A DNA stretch of 64,000 nt. Origin: Eledone cirrhosa. Taxonomy: Eukaryota. Of the stretch, positions 13,201-28,754 are shown piece after piece. Every line of letters starts with the position of its first letter. Position 1 is the stretch's first letter. The position numbers and the translations under genes were made by a program. Where the stretch lies: the NCBI GenBank assembly GCA_964016885.1, contig OZ024743.1, positions 109,368,001 to 109,432,000 of the forward strand, given 5' to 3'. The notes beneath the pieces are model-generated. The model ran no database searches and was not told the DNA's origin. It was given only the letters and a program-made list of their open reading frames with translations.

Positions 13201-14064
13201 GTTTTATAAAGTCGAATTGCTTTTATTATCAGTATGGATTTCGAACAATTGTCAAAAAATGACACAATAATAATTATAAAAGATGTCCGTCAATGTAAAG
13301 AAAGGGTCCCTATTTACTCCCTTCACAACTCTGTGTATGTTAAACTGACAGACAGGCACACATACAGATAAACTGCGTGGCGATTCTGTAACGCCACACA
13401 CATACACGCATGGAAACGCGCACACGCACGCAAACTTTCACACGCACACACTCACACATGTTAATAGTTTTTAATTTCTGTGGACGCTGCACGCACGCAC
13501 ACGCACATAAACATACGCGCATGTTCATACACACGCACACATGTTAATAGTTATTGAACAGAGCGTTCACACTCTCCCCTCTCACTCCCTCATTGGCATT
13601 ATGCATATTAATTTCATGTTTGGCGTCGTTGACGTGGGCGGAGTCGTTTGAAACCTATGAATCAATGATAATCGAGAATTATCACACACGGAATACTGAC
13701 GTTCTTAAAATTAATAAATAGATATTTGGAACCCGGCCTTCTTTTCATTGATGTATATATATTATTTGAATATAAGTGAGATAATTATCACTATATCACG
13801 TATTCAGTATTTTGGTTAATTTAGAGAATCCATTAGAGAACGTACCATGTATGTCTCGATTTAGTTGGAACTCCTCAGCGATGGCTGAGGTGTTATTCCT
13901 AAAACTATTCGGTGAGACATAGGTAGCATGGAAGTGTATGAAATGTTTATGCATAATACAATTTACAATTATGAAGTATAAGTTAACCACATGAGTATTA
14001 GAAGTTTAAATATATAACTGGATATATAAATGCCCCACTTTATGCAACATGATTACATATGTAT

Positions 14065-14309
14065 CAGAGGCGGTGGAACTGGAGAGGCTAGAGGATTATG
14101 GCCCTGCCAACAATTATATTTTTATCTGCAAACTACCAAAACACAAATCTTTTTGTACATGCGCTACAATTTATCTACATGTTATGTTTATCGCATATTG
14201 AAGTTTACCATAACTTGGTTGATATTTGATTATAACATGTATACTGATCTCTACAACTAAATTGACCAAATCTGGCCTCCCCAATTCAGAAATACTTCCA
14301 ACGCCACTG
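14065..14309. mobile_element. MITE with CAGTGGCG-type (hAT-like) terminal inverted repeats
   Basis: Left end CAGAGGCGGTGGAA; right end TTCCAACGCCACTG (12/14 complementary); 245 bp, non-coding. Confidence 0.65.
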
Positions 14310-14894
14310 TGTATTACTAAATAAATTATTTTGTGAAACTTCAAAGATCCATCACAAATATATAGCCATATATAGATATTTCAAATGACATGTTACTTTA
14401 GCAAACACGCATTAGCAAATACACCATGAACGTACGAATAAAATAGGATGATCTCGGCTTGAAAAAGCATTTACAATAATTATTATTAAGTAGAATTAGC
14501 GAGTATTTTGCAAGCGTTATTTAAAATGATTTGTGTTATTTTATTTGCCTTGCCCATTTTCAATTTGAGTTCACTTAAGGTGAAGTTAATTTCGTCTTTC
14601 ATTAAATTGGGTCTTATAAAGAATGTAACCATCACGGAAACATCTACGCTGAAGCGAATTAAGAAAGAAATTTACACATCATGGTACCACACCATCCTTT
14701 AACACTTACTATGAAATAATTTCAATGAATTATTTTTCATAAAAAGAGTGTTCTTAGAAATAATGCTAAAGATTGCATTTAGATTTCATTATAATTTTGG
14801 TACTGTTGATTTTGTTCATAATGTTATATGTAGTTAGTTTATTTCTTTGATAACGGCATTTCATGAAGGTAACTGTACCCAATTTATTGAATAT

Positions 14895-15150
14895 CGGTAG
14901 TGCTGATGCAACCGTAAAATCACCAAGTCCACCCTGTCAGATGATATTGGAGGTGCCACGATAATACTCACTCAGTACACGCTGTGAAACGGTTGCCATT
15001 AGAAAGGGCATCCAGCAGTATAAACCATACTTGAAGGGATCGGAAGTGTGAGACAGTCATCTGAGCTCTTTAGTCTCCAAACAACAACCCGCCTAACACA
15101 GGCAAGCTTAGTAAACAGACGGAAACCAGTGATGATGATGATGATGATGA
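14895..15150 (+). mobile_element. 3' part of a second SINE family with (GAT)n tail
   Basis: GGTTGCCATTAGAAAGGGCATCCAGCAGTATAAACC body, which resembles RTE-5'UTR-derived SINE bodies, ending in GATGATGATGATG. Confidence 0.6.
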
Positions 15151-15754
15151 CATCGACGACGGTCGGGTGTGGGGAGATATATAGATTTATGATTAGAGAT
15201 ATAAACTCGAGCAAGATAATCATTAATATCACACTACCAAAGTTAAATATAGTTGTTAAAATCTCTAGCAAAAATTTCCACACACTATTCTCAAATATAA
15301 TAATATGCTGGGGTAAGTTCATTCTCTTCTGAGGGAGATGTTTTTTTGTAAATCTTATTTCTCACATTTATCATTTTTAACCGATATTCCTAACCTTGTG
15401 ATCACCCACCACCTGCCCATGTTATATTCCCTGACTAACTACATTCAGTGTTAAACACTAAACATCTTCTCTCTTATTGCGCCATACGTGCTGAAAGAAT
15501 GAAAGTACAAACATTTTTCCTCAGCTAGTAACGCACTGTCGGATGTGTCCGATGTCTGGCTCTAAGAAACGCATCTAAATAGTCAAAATCTTTCAATATT
15601 TTCGTTAGTCTTGCTGAAAGGAAAAGCACCGTTTGTCACTTGAAGCGTACAAAATACCAGCCAAATGGAGACAGCTACAATTCTTCAGGCATAACCTTTT
15701 CTCTCTGATTTCTTCTTCATCTAAAGTATTATGAGCACATTCTCACTGACATTA

Positions 15755-16526
<772 letters not shown>

Positions 16527-17164
16527 TCCTTATTTGTTATTCTTTACAATCATGCCACAGTGGATAGCACAATATTCGCACCTATTTATACGTCTGTTTA
16601 TATTTCAAAACTTTACACGTCACGTTTCCGTAGTCTATATCTTTATCAAACCCTTCGTTGTCTCTCTCCCATTAATATTTACTACTTGGTCGTTTATACA
16701 ATTCATTGAGATCTATCTCCCGCTCTTTGCCTTATATTCTGCCACCCACGTTACGTCTTTATTATTTAGCTCATTCTCGCTACATATATTGTATCAATCT
16801 ATGTTTGTCTATTTTACTATCACGCTCTTTCTGTTTCGTTCTTTCGCACATATTCTTCTTCTAAGTTCATACATCACAACTTTGGGATATAATGAAAAGA
16901 CGAATTCCCAGACTACTTTTAGCCTTATTGAAATTGTAGCGATACTTTTCTCACTTAACAAGCACGAATCCATGCATGTTCCAAGAATGCGTTAGGGACT
17001 ACTCTTGCAGTTAGTTTGTTCAAGCAGTTTCCTTATCAGTGAAATTCTTCATGTCATCCTTCGTTCTTCAAAGTGAAATAATAATCAATGTCCATGCACA
17101 TATATACACGACGCTCTCTTACAAGCACAAACTCCCAAACATTTTCATACATACATACATCCAT

Positions 17165-17288
<124 letters not shown>

Positions 17289-18207
17289 ATATGTATATAT
17301 ACTTATATATATATTTATGTATGTATGTGTATGTGATTACGCTTACATATGACTCCAGTCATTCTTGTGTCTATGTGTATATTTATATATACACCTATTT
17401 ATCCTCAGGAATATATTTATGCATCGGATTGATACAAATGGCTTCTATCAATTTCAGTAGCTATGTAATTCATAGACTGTCAAATCTTGAAGTGTGTCGT
17501 CGTACATTTAGTCGTTCCCCAGTCCAGTAACTTTCAGGACATTATTGGTATGAAATACTGGCTTTGGATGGAGATGTGGGGGTAATGAGAACGAGGTTAG
17601 GTATACATTGTACAGAAACGTATAGTAGTTTAAACACAGCATCAAACTCCACCGATTTCAATAATATGGGAATGTCATCAAACAGTAGATTTTCCAGAAT
17701 ATCATTTTTTATATTGCAAATATTTCTTTGATATGTCTACTACAATGTCTCATAGTGATATTTGTCAATAGGTGGGATAGGTAAATTGATTCCTATGCTA
17801 GGTGCTAGGACTCTGATTTGAAGTAAAAGATTCAATTATTGCCCCGGACGGATGAAACGAATTGGTAACGTCGGTGCAATTTTACGATCAGACTTGTAAA
17901 TCTGAGAGGAACTTATGGTGATGTGAACATTTGCCCATGATTTTGCAGCATCACTAAAACCGTGGACATATCGTCTGAGTCATCGTAATGCTGCTTTTGT
18001 GATAACAGTGGCTGTGTTGATGTTGCTCTCACAGTTCCAGTTGTTGTTGTTGCTCTGCCCACAAATATTCGGGAAATCGGCTTCCTGTGCTCGCCATAGG
18101 CCAAAACATTTTGAAATAGTTCATGAAATCCATACTCGGATCATTGTAACATTTCAGGTCCCATGTCACTTCATTAATACAAATTGGTACGCAAGGAAAT
18201 AGTGGAG

Positions 18208-18399
18208 GGAGGTGGATTGGCAGTATCGGTAGAAGGTCGGACGTCATGCTTTGACGCACAGAGTTACGGCCCTGTCCATTCTGAGTTCAAATCCCGCGGA
18301 GGTCAACTTAGCCTTTCACCCTTACCGGGTCGATAAAATAAAGTACCAGTAATGTACTGAGTATTTGCTGGCCTTGTGCCAAAAGTAGAAACAATTATT
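18208..18399 (+). mobile_element. tRNA-derived SINE
   Basis: TGGCAGTATCGG A box, GAGTTCAAATCC B box, GTCGATAAAATAAAGTACCAGT body and AGAAACAATTATT end. Confidence 0.92.
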
Positions 18400-18756
18400 T
18401 AAGCAAATAGTGTCAGCGTGTTTCTTAACACAGAAGTAAAAATACGATATGAATAAATGGCATTTTACATGTAGTTGACAGAAATGGAGGAATTTAGAGA
18501 AGTGGTCAATAGCGTAATTATAATGAAACAATAAAAGAAAGTGATTGTAACATATTAGAGTAGGATAAAATTTAATGTAGGACAATATACCTGGTTTTCT
18601 AGGAGTTATACAAATATATACATTTATCGACCTTCCCCCTCTAATCACATTGCCTCTATTATTGAACAATGTGGACATGTCTCGAGAATCCGCGAGTGCG
18701 CAGATGAAATTCCGGAAAAACTATGAAATAGCTTAGCCATAATAAGTTAATAGTCA

Positions 18757-18940
18757 TAATTGTTTCTACTTTTTGGCACAAGGCCAGCAATTATCCAGTG
18801 TATTACTGGTACTTTATTTTATCGACCCCGTAAGGATGAAAGGCAAAGTCAACCTCGGCGGGATTTGAACTCAGATCGTAAAGGGACGTAACTATGCTGG
18901 AAAGCAAGGCTTCCGACCCTCTACCGATACTGCCAATCCA
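18757..18940 (-). mobile_element. tRNA-derived SINE with 15-bp TSD
   Basis: Same family; GTTAATAGTCATAAT is duplicated at 18746-18760 and 18941-18955. Confidence 0.93.
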
Positions 18941-18959
18941 GTTAATAGTCATAATAAGT

Positions 18960-19189
<230 letters not shown>

Positions 19190-19659
19190 TATGTATGTAT
19201 GCGTACATACATATATGTATACAGACGTACAGTTGTATGTATATATATACATACATGCACACATATATATATGTACGTATGGGTTTGCGTACAGGGGGGG
19301 GGGGGGGGTTGTGCCAAACAGATAAAAAAATAAAAAATAAAATAAAATAAAATGCGTGTGTGTTACAACCAATATCAAAGTTTGAAAGATTTGGAAAATA
19401 TTGACTGAAGTAGAAAGGCTGTTGTCAGAATCGAGAAGTGCAAAGAATTACAATTCTTACACTATCATGGGGTGCTGCGTTCTAAGAGCAAATGAGACAA
19501 AAGTAGAGTGTAAAACACCAACGCCTGAGTGTCAAAATCCGGAAATGCAAAGGACTACAGTTCTTATTTCGGCATAAAGTACATATGCGTGTATGTCAAC
19601 GCACTTCGTTGCAAGCTCACAAGCACAAACACAGGCTCAGGTGTATCCCATATGTATAT

Positions 19660-19712
19660 ATATGATAGCTGCCCCCTCTTTATCGAGTATAGCAATTGCA
19701 CGAGAAAAAATA
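19660..19712 (-). mobile_element. Short RTE-like 3' terminus (second copy at 52315-52360)
   Basis: Minus strand GTGCAAT.G..ATACTCGATAA.GA..GGGCAGC.ATCAT at both loci; it resembles the end of the 4840 element (TACTCGAAAACGAGTTGGCAGCCACC). Confidence 0.5.
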
Positions 19713-19803
19713 GTCCATAATAATAACAATAATAATAATAATAACAATAATAATACTGACAACAAGAACAATAATAATATACATATATATATATATATAT
19801 ATC

Positions 19804-19836
<33 letters not shown>

Positions 19837-19863
19837 GCGCACACACATAAACATATCTACACA

Positions 19864-19904
<41 letters not shown>

Positions 19905-19906
<2 letters not shown>

Positions 19907-22900
19907 TAGCAATTAACAGCGTTGCGATCGAATGTGGCTTTTTAGCCCAGCCAATGATCTAAAATGTTTTGCACAGGGTGTGCAACCAAAATATTCACTG
20001 GGAGTAGCTGGATGTGGTTGGAGTTAATGTACTTTTGCATCTCTTTTGAGCCCTCCTTCTGATTTACTTTCTCTACCACATGCTTGGCAAGCATGATGAG
20101 TAGCATCTCGAACAGCAGCCTGGTAGTCAACCACTGGTCTTACTTTATGACTGCGAAGATGACTTTCGAGTCCAGCTCTGCTTAGGCAGAGTCTCGCACA
20201 GACGCTGCATGTCAGCGCTATAGGAAGACCCTCGCCGTCTGGAAATGCAACAGCAATGCTCTTCTTCACATCCCGCTTTACTTTCTTGTATGCAATTCGA
20301 GATGCCTCTTTCGAGATGCAACTTTCCCTTCATATACAGTCTTTCTCTATTTATTATGATCCGCAGCAACATTTTCACATGTATCAGCATGGGTATGTTA
20401 GCGTCTTTCAAAGAAGCTTTCAAGGAATCCTTATACCTCTTTTATGATTAATGTGGCGGTCGTTTTCCTTTAACTAACTCTCCATAAAAAAGTTGGTTTG
20501 TTATTCTAGTATCCTTCATCCTGGTAAGGTGACCACTCCAACGGAGTCGTTGCTTAAGCAAAAGAGCTGCCATACTGTCACACAGAGAGCTTTCCAAAAT
20601 CTCGACATGACTGATGTGGTCCCTCCAGTGAATGCCTTGGATCCGTCTGAGACACATCTGATGGAAACGCTCCAATTGGTTAAAGTGATATCGATATGTC
20701 ACCCAAGTCTGCAGGCATAAAGAAGAGAGGAGAGCACACCCGCCTTGTACACCTTTACCTTGGTCTTCTTTCATATATCTCGCCGACCCCAGAGTCGCCT
20801 TTCTAGCTTTCCGAAAGCATCACTTGCTTTCCTAATCCTGAGTGGGATTTCATTATCAAGGTATCTGTATTGATTGACAGTGCTCTCCAGGTAGACAAAC
20901 TGATCAACCACTCCAAGTCGTTTACCATACACATAGAGATTTGGTTCACTGTACTGCCTACCAGGGGCAGGTTGGTACATGACGACGGTTTTCTTAAGAC
21001 TGACAGTCAATCCTAGGGCAGTGCAAGCATCAGAAAATCCATTCAAAATGTGCTACTTATCACTCTCTGTTTGCGCTACAAGATCGCAATCATCTGCATA
21101 CAAGGGGTTTCATATGATTGATGTAAATACTTTTGCTTTTGCAGCAAAGCGCCTGATATTAAATATGCTGCCTGATGTTCGATATCGGATGTAAACACCA
21201 TACCCGCAATTCCTGAATGCAATATAGAAAACTATTGCAAAGTATATGGCAAATAGGATCGGTGCTGGAATATCCCCCTGTTTCACTCCATGTTTTACTG
21301 AGATAGGCTCCGTCATGTTAAACGCGACATTAAACCAAGCCTTCATGTTGTCATGGAAAGACCTAACTAAAGCAATTAATTTATCAGGGCTATCAAGTTT
21401 CTGGAGAACCTTCCATAATGCATTACTGTTAACAGTATCGAAAGCTTTTGTCAGATCAACAAAAACCTGATACAGATCCAAACCTTGTTCCTGACACTTC
21501 TCCTGGAGCTGTCTAGCTGAGAAGATCATATCAGTAGTGCCGCGTCCAGCCCGAAAACCAGTTTGACTTTCGGGAAGAAAACAATCTGCAACGTGTGTCA
21601 GCACACGGTCCAGAAGCACCCTACATAAAACTTTCCCTACGACAGAAAGTAATGATATACCTCTGTAGTTCCCACAATCATTCCTGTTACACTTTCCCTT
21701 GTAGAAGACCAATATTACTGCATCTCTCCAGTCCTCAGGTACGGATTTATTAGCCCATATCCTGCCAAACAAAGAGATAAGATGTTGCAGGAGTCTCTCA
21801 CCACCATATTGTAGGAGCTCTGCGTGTATGCGATCCATACCTGGAGACTTCCACTGTTTAGCTTCGAGATAACCACTGCAAACTCGACAAGGGTCGAAGG
21901 TCTGCGAGAGCTACTTTCACAGGACTTTCTGGAATGTGATTGAAGAAATGTTCATTGACGAGAGACGGCTGATTCAAACGCTCATGAAAGTGCTCTCGCC
22001 ACCTTCGTAGAATTCCTTGTGAGTCACGAAGAAATTCTTTGCCAACCTTGCTGCTAAGCGGTGTCACCAGAAAAGAAGACGGTCCATAAACATCTCGCAG
22101 AAAACTGTGCAACAGCTTTGTGTTATTGGAATCTGACGCAGTTTATATCTCATCAGCCTTCACACACCACCACTGATCCTTCATCTGAGAAAGACTCCTC
22201 CTAACACGTGATTTTACATCCTTGAGTTCCTTATGCAACATATTCTTCTCCTGTGGTTTTACCGTCAAGTAGCGTGAGAGAGCACACCTCTTATATAGCC
22301 AACAAGTCTTCTATATGTTCATCATTATCATTTAACCAGTCTTGATGTTTTCTCTGCACCAATCCCAGAACACGCCTGCCTACATCATAAACCGACATTT
22401 TAAGTGTCTGCCAATCCTCACCAAGATCTGCAACCTGCATCCCTTCTCGCAATGTCCTCTTCACATTTTTATCCCTAAGACGAGCAGTATTCAATCTTCT
22501 GGGCAGGGTAACACCAGGAGCCCGGATTTTACGTTTTGTGATTAGTTTCACTTTTGCTCGTACCAGGCGGTGGTCCGTCCAGCACTCAGCTCTACGGAAA
22601 GCACGAACACACTGCACATCCCGTCTACCACGCATCCTGACATAGTCCAAAAGATGCCATTCCTTAAATGCAGGATGCATCCATGTAGTCTTAAATGTGT
22701 TCTTTGTTGGAACATGGTGTTCGTAACACACAGATCCAGCTCCTCACACATCTGCAGCAGGAACATACCATTGTTGTTACACTTTCCCACCTCATGCCTT
22801 CCGATTATATTCCATGTGTTAAAATCCCTACCCACTCTAGCATTAAAGTCACCAAGCATGATGATTTTGTCTGCCTGATGGATATGTTTTAAAACCCCAT

Positions 22901-23362
22901 TCAAGGCATGGTAAAATGACACTTTTTCTTCATCGACAGAATTCATATTTGGAGCATGCACACTCACCAGGGTCGCATATCTTCTTTTGTCGAGCGTAAT
23001 TCTCATGGACATAAGATGATCACTAATCCCTACTGGCAATTCTTCTAATTTATTCACAAGAACGATTTTAACAGAAATGGCTACCCCAGCCTCTCTTCTG
23101 GTTCCTTCATTTTTTCCTTTCCAGAAGAATATATATTCTCCACAAAATTCTGTAAGATGACCATCTCCAGCTAACCTCGTCTCAGATAAAGCTACAATTT
23201 CAAGATCGTAACTACGAAGCTCCTCTGCAACAAGAGCGGTCCTTCGTTTAGGACGTTCCAAGGAATCCCTGTCAAGCAGCGTCCGTACGTTCCACCAGCC
23301 AATACTAATGCCTTTATTTGGCTCTATTACAGTGGCACGATGACGAGCGGGCCCAGGCTGTT
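19905..23362 (-). mobile_element. RTE (BovB-like) LINE, near-complete ORF, disrupted
   Basis: APE endonuclease (RRTALVAEEL..IVALSETRL, MLGDFNARVG, WTDHRLV), RT (CGNYRGISLLS, FVDLTKAFDTV, GVKQG, YADD) and C-terminal C2H2 fingers (CSVCARLCLSRAGLESHLRSH). Confidence 0.95.
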
Positions 23363-23506
23363 ATAACCTGATGCCCCTGCCCATATTGCCAATTAAATCT
23401 TTTGTTCCAGAACCCTTATTGCCAATTATCATTTTTATATTGTTTTGGAACATCATTGAATTTGGGAAAAAAAGTAATAATAATAGTAACGATAGTAATA
23501 ATAATA

Positions 23507-26500
23507 AGGCTTTCTTTATTAACCACAAGGGTTTACACAAATGTAAAACATTAAGGACAGTACAGGATGTAACAAAAAAGGGACAATGAAATATTCCCCA
23601 ATAGGGGGGGGGGACTTCCGAGGGCCATCGTGGAGAAAGCCCATCAAAAAAAGCCACGGTGACCCTGACCACCAGGGCAAGTACCTTCTCCCAGTTTTTC
23701 ACCTTCAATTTACAGGCACATATTCACTCGGGCCATTCCTCCTCTCTCCCCCATCTTTCAACAAAATGCTCGGAAGAGGGCACTTCTCTCTCTATCCTGA
23801 TTTTCCTTTTCAAATGAAATTTGAAAAAGGTAATCAGGGCATCACCGAAGACGTAAGTGCTGAGTCTTCAGCCCTTTCAAATGAGTCCATCATACCATCT
23901 CTTTTGCCATGGCCACCAGAAAGATAACAATTGACTGCTCTTCTCGGCTAATGGAAGAGGGCGGGGCAATCCTCACGATGGACTCAGCTGGTAGCCGGAT
24001 CCGTTCTACACGTGACAGCAGGTGTTCGACATAAACCCACAAGTCAGCAATGCTCGGACACTGGACGAGTGCGTGCAGGACGATTTAGTCGCCCTGTGCG
24101 CATCACAGACATTCCCAGCTGACGGCACTTCCATGCCTATAGAGTTTATCCCGGACTGGCAAAGCTCCACGGTAGCAATGCCAGGCCAGGGATTTCTGGA
24201 AATTGTCCATATGCCACGTCCCGAAAGTTCTTCCGAAGAGATTGGCTAGTTGATTTTCGTCGACGCCTAGAGTTTCCCCAAGTACGTCTTCGCTTTTCCC
24301 CTCCAATAATCCTCTAAAGAACGCCAAGGTGGAGTTTCCACTGATCACATTACCCGACTGGTCGAGGGATGTGAGCGCCTGAAGGTATTCCAGTCTCCAA
24401 GCACTTTCTCTCGGTCTTAACTTGACCCAGGACTGCAGCTCTGTCAACGAGACGAGCTGAGGAACGATGCGTCTAGCAAACGGCAACCACACCTGATCAC
24501 CGTCGAGGAAAAGGTGGAGATGTCGTGGCCTGAGCGCGTGTCTGCACATCATCAGCCACGGCAAGCCCAGCCCTCCACGTAGCGCTGGTTGACAGCAGAT
24601 GGAACACCTTACCATCGGAGCACGTCCCTTCTACAAAAAGCGAAACAGCAAACGCTCCAGCGCAGTCAGGTGAGGCTTAGGACAAGGTACGACGGTCAGA
24701 GTAGTAGATGTACGCATTCACCACCTCCACTCGACCTTTCATGGATCGCTTCCTCTCTGCCCATTTCTGGGTGAGAGAAGCAACCCTGTTCGTAATCTCG
24801 TCCCAGTTTTTGTCTGGAGGTCCGGACCGAACCAGACTCCTAGCAACTTAACCGGTCCGTCCGTCCAGCGCCCGACGAGGCTGTTGGACGCCATGGACCT
24901 GCCTCTCCAGGTTCCGAGCTGCAGGCCCATCGACTTTTCCTGGTTGCTCATTGCTCCTGTCACCGCTTCGTATTCTCTGAGTGTAGTGACGATCGCCTCG
25001 ATGTGTTTTGCGTTCGACACCACTACGGTGACATCGTCCGCATATGCTGACACGGATCTTCCGCATCCTAGTTCGCACGGGACCCCACTCAAAGTCTCCA
25101 GTTTGTGCATTAATGGCTCGAGAATCAATACGTACAAGAGGGACGAGAGGGGACATCCTTAGCGGACCGAGCACATGATGTTGAACGGTTCCGAAAGGTG
25201 ACCCTTCGCCCTCTCACCACAGAGCAGATGTCGCTGTGCACGGCAGCGATCCAGCCTCTGAAGACGGGCCCAAAGCCAGCCGCCCTCAGGACTGCCGCTA
25301 GGTAACGATGGTCGACCCTATCGAAAGCTTTCGACTGATTTAAATTGATCAAGGACCCACCCGTGCCAGGTTCCCTACCCACCCTCTCCACGATGTATCG
25401 CATGAGGTGGAGGTTGTCGTGGATGGATCTTTCAGGAATGGCGTCTCCCCTACCAGACCACCAACGACAAGCCCCTGCCTCTTTGCTAACACCTTGGCCA
25501 AAATCTTGAACTCTGTATTTAGCAGAGTTATGGGCCTGAAATGTTATGTTATCCACTTTGTTTCTGATACTTTCTGAGCAGTGCCACCGCTTCTCGGCTC
25601 ACAGAGTTGGGAATTATCCCGTTCTGTTGCCAGTTGCAGTAAACGTCCGACAAGAGGCCTCTGAATAAGTCTGGCATCTGTACATAAAGTTCATAGGGCA
25701 GACCATCCAAACCAGGCGATTTACTCCTTGTGCAGCCAGTCATTGACTCTCATACTTCAGCTGCTGTTATCGGCTTTTCGCAACACTCCGCCGCAGTGGT
25801 CGAGAGCCGCGGCAGTCCGTCCAGGTAGGCTCTAAAATCCATCCCTCGATCCGGCCCGCCGCTGCCCCCGAATAGCTGGGCGAAGTGTCGCTGAAAAGCT
25901 TCACATATTTGCCCGGGATCTAGTAGCATGCGACCGTCGTGGTCCACCAAAGACCGGATCGTGGCTTTGTTGCCACGACGCGCCTCCACCACTCGGGCTT
26001 TCGTCCCCTAGTGTCTGAGAGCACGCACCCTAGCACTGCCAACGCAGCCTTCGTGGTTTGCATTGAAGAATTGGTCAAGGTCCAATTTCGCCGCCGCAAG
26101 CACGCCGGTCGCGATGCCTTTGCTAAGTGCCTCGTCTACTATTCTAACTATTTCTCCCTCTACTCTATTTTTCTCTACTGCTAAATCCTTACAAAACCTA
26201 ATTGCTCTTTTCAGAGGAAGCCACCATTTGTTGTTGACAATGCCCCCTGTCAATGCCCACTTAACTAGTTCTCTAATACGGTATATGTATGCCTTGCGCG
26301 CTGTTAACGACGCCTTTAGCTTCCAGTAGCCGGTTCCCTGTCTATTAAGCCTATCTAAGTCAACCACACAGGTCACGAATTCGTGGTCCGTGTAGCTGAC
26401 ACTCTTGAATTATGGCCAGCCTATGATAAACCTATCTATTTCCCTACAAAATACTCTATCTAGATATGATTTGTATGACCCGATACAGTAGTCCAAGTCC

Positions 26501-28295
26501 ACATTGGCACATTCGTAATATCAAATCGGTACCTGTCCGATAGTTGAAAACGCCTGAGTATATTTGTGAGCCTTTTACACCCTCGTCCCCTATCCACTAA
26601 TTCCACCCAATGCTATCATGCATCTAAGATCCCGTCCAGTCGCCCACTAACACTAGAGAGCGGGATGTTCCAAGAAGGTCTCCAGATGCCAAACGAATTC
26701 AGGCCGTCCTGCTCTTGTTGGGGCATAGGCGCCCACTAGCCCGAAAGCTTGTGCTTCTCAGCTGGTCTGGTCCAGTACCGCCCACTTACCCTCTGGGTCC
26801 AGAAAGACGGCCCGTATCTCGAGATCCTAATGTCTCCGGAACAACACGGTCACTAAGATCCGGGACGGCTTGGAGATGTGTACACCTCGTAGCCGTCGAA
26901 AATGGGTGCGAATGCCTGTGCCTCGGAGATTCTGGTCTCGCTGATGGCCACCACATCTATGTTTAGCGACCTGAGATAGTTCAGCAGGTGGTACTGCTTC
27001 CAAGACGACCCCAGGCCATGTGCATTTATGCTACCTATTCTGAGAGAAGCCATGTTGGCTAGGATAGGAGGAAAACAAATGAAAGTTGAGAGGTAAACAA
27101 ATTACCTGTGGCTCTTTTTTAGGAAGGGGGTGGGTGATCCTTCCCTCCGGCAATTGGTGGGTTTCTCCACGCACGAGAATATCTGTGAATATTGTTTTGG
27201 TGATGTTGCCTCGGTAGTCTCCAATTGATGTGGGGAACATCTTTTTTAATTTTATGTAATTTTTTGGTGTAATTTCTATTATTTTGTGTGTGTGTGGGGG
27301 GGGGGGCAATTTTGGTGGTTTGTACGTAGTCTGTTTCTGTGATGTTGGTGTGGTGTTGAACATAATTTAAAAGCGTTGTGTTGTCTGTGTATATGACTGT
27401 TGGTGTGTTGGTGCTTTCTGTGTTTGCTGTCGTGTTGTTGGAGGTGACGATGGGGTAGATGCTAAGGGTGGCGGTAGTAGTGGTGGCGTGATGGTGGTTG
27501 CGGTGGTGGTGGTGGCGTTGGTGGTGGTGATGGTGTAGGTGGTTGTGGGTGTGTGGCTGTTGATGGTGGTGGAATAGGTGGGTTATTTTTCATTTTCTTT
27601 TTTTTAGGGTTAGTTCTTCCTCTTTTTTGTGGGGGAATGATGGTAGGGAGCTCTTCCTTTTCTTGTTGGAATAGTTCTCCACTCTTCGGTGTCATTGCAC
27701 TCCTTGTCCTATTTAGCTATATCAGGAAGGGTATGCTTTCCATTGGTTCTGTGCGTGGTGGAAGAGATGGTGCTTTTGTTGTTAGGGATGGTGATTTCTC
27801 TTCTGACACTGTGGTCTTTGTCTGTTTGTCCGCCCCTGTTGCGGGGCAAGGCGTGGGGAGAAGGGGTGGGCGCGTGCCTGTTTTGGTGAGTTTGGGGCAG
27901 AATGCCTTAAGGTGCGCCTTGTCACCGCACCCATGACACCTTGGGCGCCTACCTTCGACAGTCACGGGTAGTTGGCTGCCGTCGTCCAGGTCTATTACAT
28001 CGGGGGTGGCTTCAATGCTCTCATGGTTTGCTTGGATGATTAGCTCCATCCCCGACCCTGTTTAATTTCCTGTATTATTCGCATGACGTTGAGTATGGTT
28101 GTTGAATCCTCAACTTCAGCGAGGACGTCCGACGTCAACCACGCCATCTCCACTGAGGGCGGAACATAGGCCAATCAAACCCTCACTTCCAACTGAAGTG
28201 CCTTCTCCTAGAAGAATGCCCTGACAAGGGCTAAGGGTTCTTCACTCCCAGTGGTTTAACTGATCGATCGGGTAGCCAGCCCGACTATTTCCATG
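23507..28295 (-). mobile_element. Tx1/L1-clade LINE with ORF1 remnant and ORF2, disrupted
   Basis: ORF1 CCHC knuckle CHGCGDKAHLKAFC; ORF2 start MASLRIGSINAHGL..VAISETR (27053); GYWKL, KSPGLDGLPYELY, QSKAFDRVDH, SAYADD and a zf-RVT-like region; AATAAA followed by an (ATT)n-like tail near 23.5 kb. Confidence 0.93.
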
Positions 28296-28559
28296 TCCCC
28301 GCGCATAAAGGAAAAAAAAACTCACTTATTGACACTCATACGTATGACATACACACACGTACACACACACACATACATACGCGCGCACACACCAACACTC
28401 ATGCATAGAAACAAACGCACACTACACACATACACACAGACACTCACACACACATATATATATATATACCGTCATTACTCATACAAGATTACAAGATTAT
28501 ATCAACTGTTGACTTTCGAAACAGTTCGTATAGTTGAAGCCGTTCGTGTTACCGTTCAG

Positions 28560-28752
28560 TAGTGGATTGGCAGTATCGGTAGAGGGTCGGACGCCGTGCT
28601 TTGAAGCATAGAGTTACCTCCCTGTATGATCTGAGTTCAAATCCCGCCGAGGTTAACTTTGCCTTTCATCCTTACGGGGTCGATAAAATAAAGTACCAGT
28701 AATGCACTGGGTAATTTACTGGCCTTGTGTCAAAAGTAGAAACAATTATTAT
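28560..28752 (+). mobile_element. tRNA-derived SINE
   Basis: A and B boxes and body as in the other copies. Confidence 0.92.
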
Positions 28753-28754
28753 AA

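Larger units (their letters stand above)
7839..13722 (-). mobile_element. Full-length decayed Helitron
   Basis: 5' TCTATTTATTAA at 13722; 3' hairpin ACCCGG-GCGAAG-CTGGGT followed by CTAG at 7842-7839; inserted between A and T with no TSD; encodes RepHel. Confidence 0.93.

Noticed and set aside
18208-18300. SINE heads as tRNA genes
   Set aside because: A and B boxes are present but there is no proper cloverleaf, and they are always followed by the SINE body and tail.
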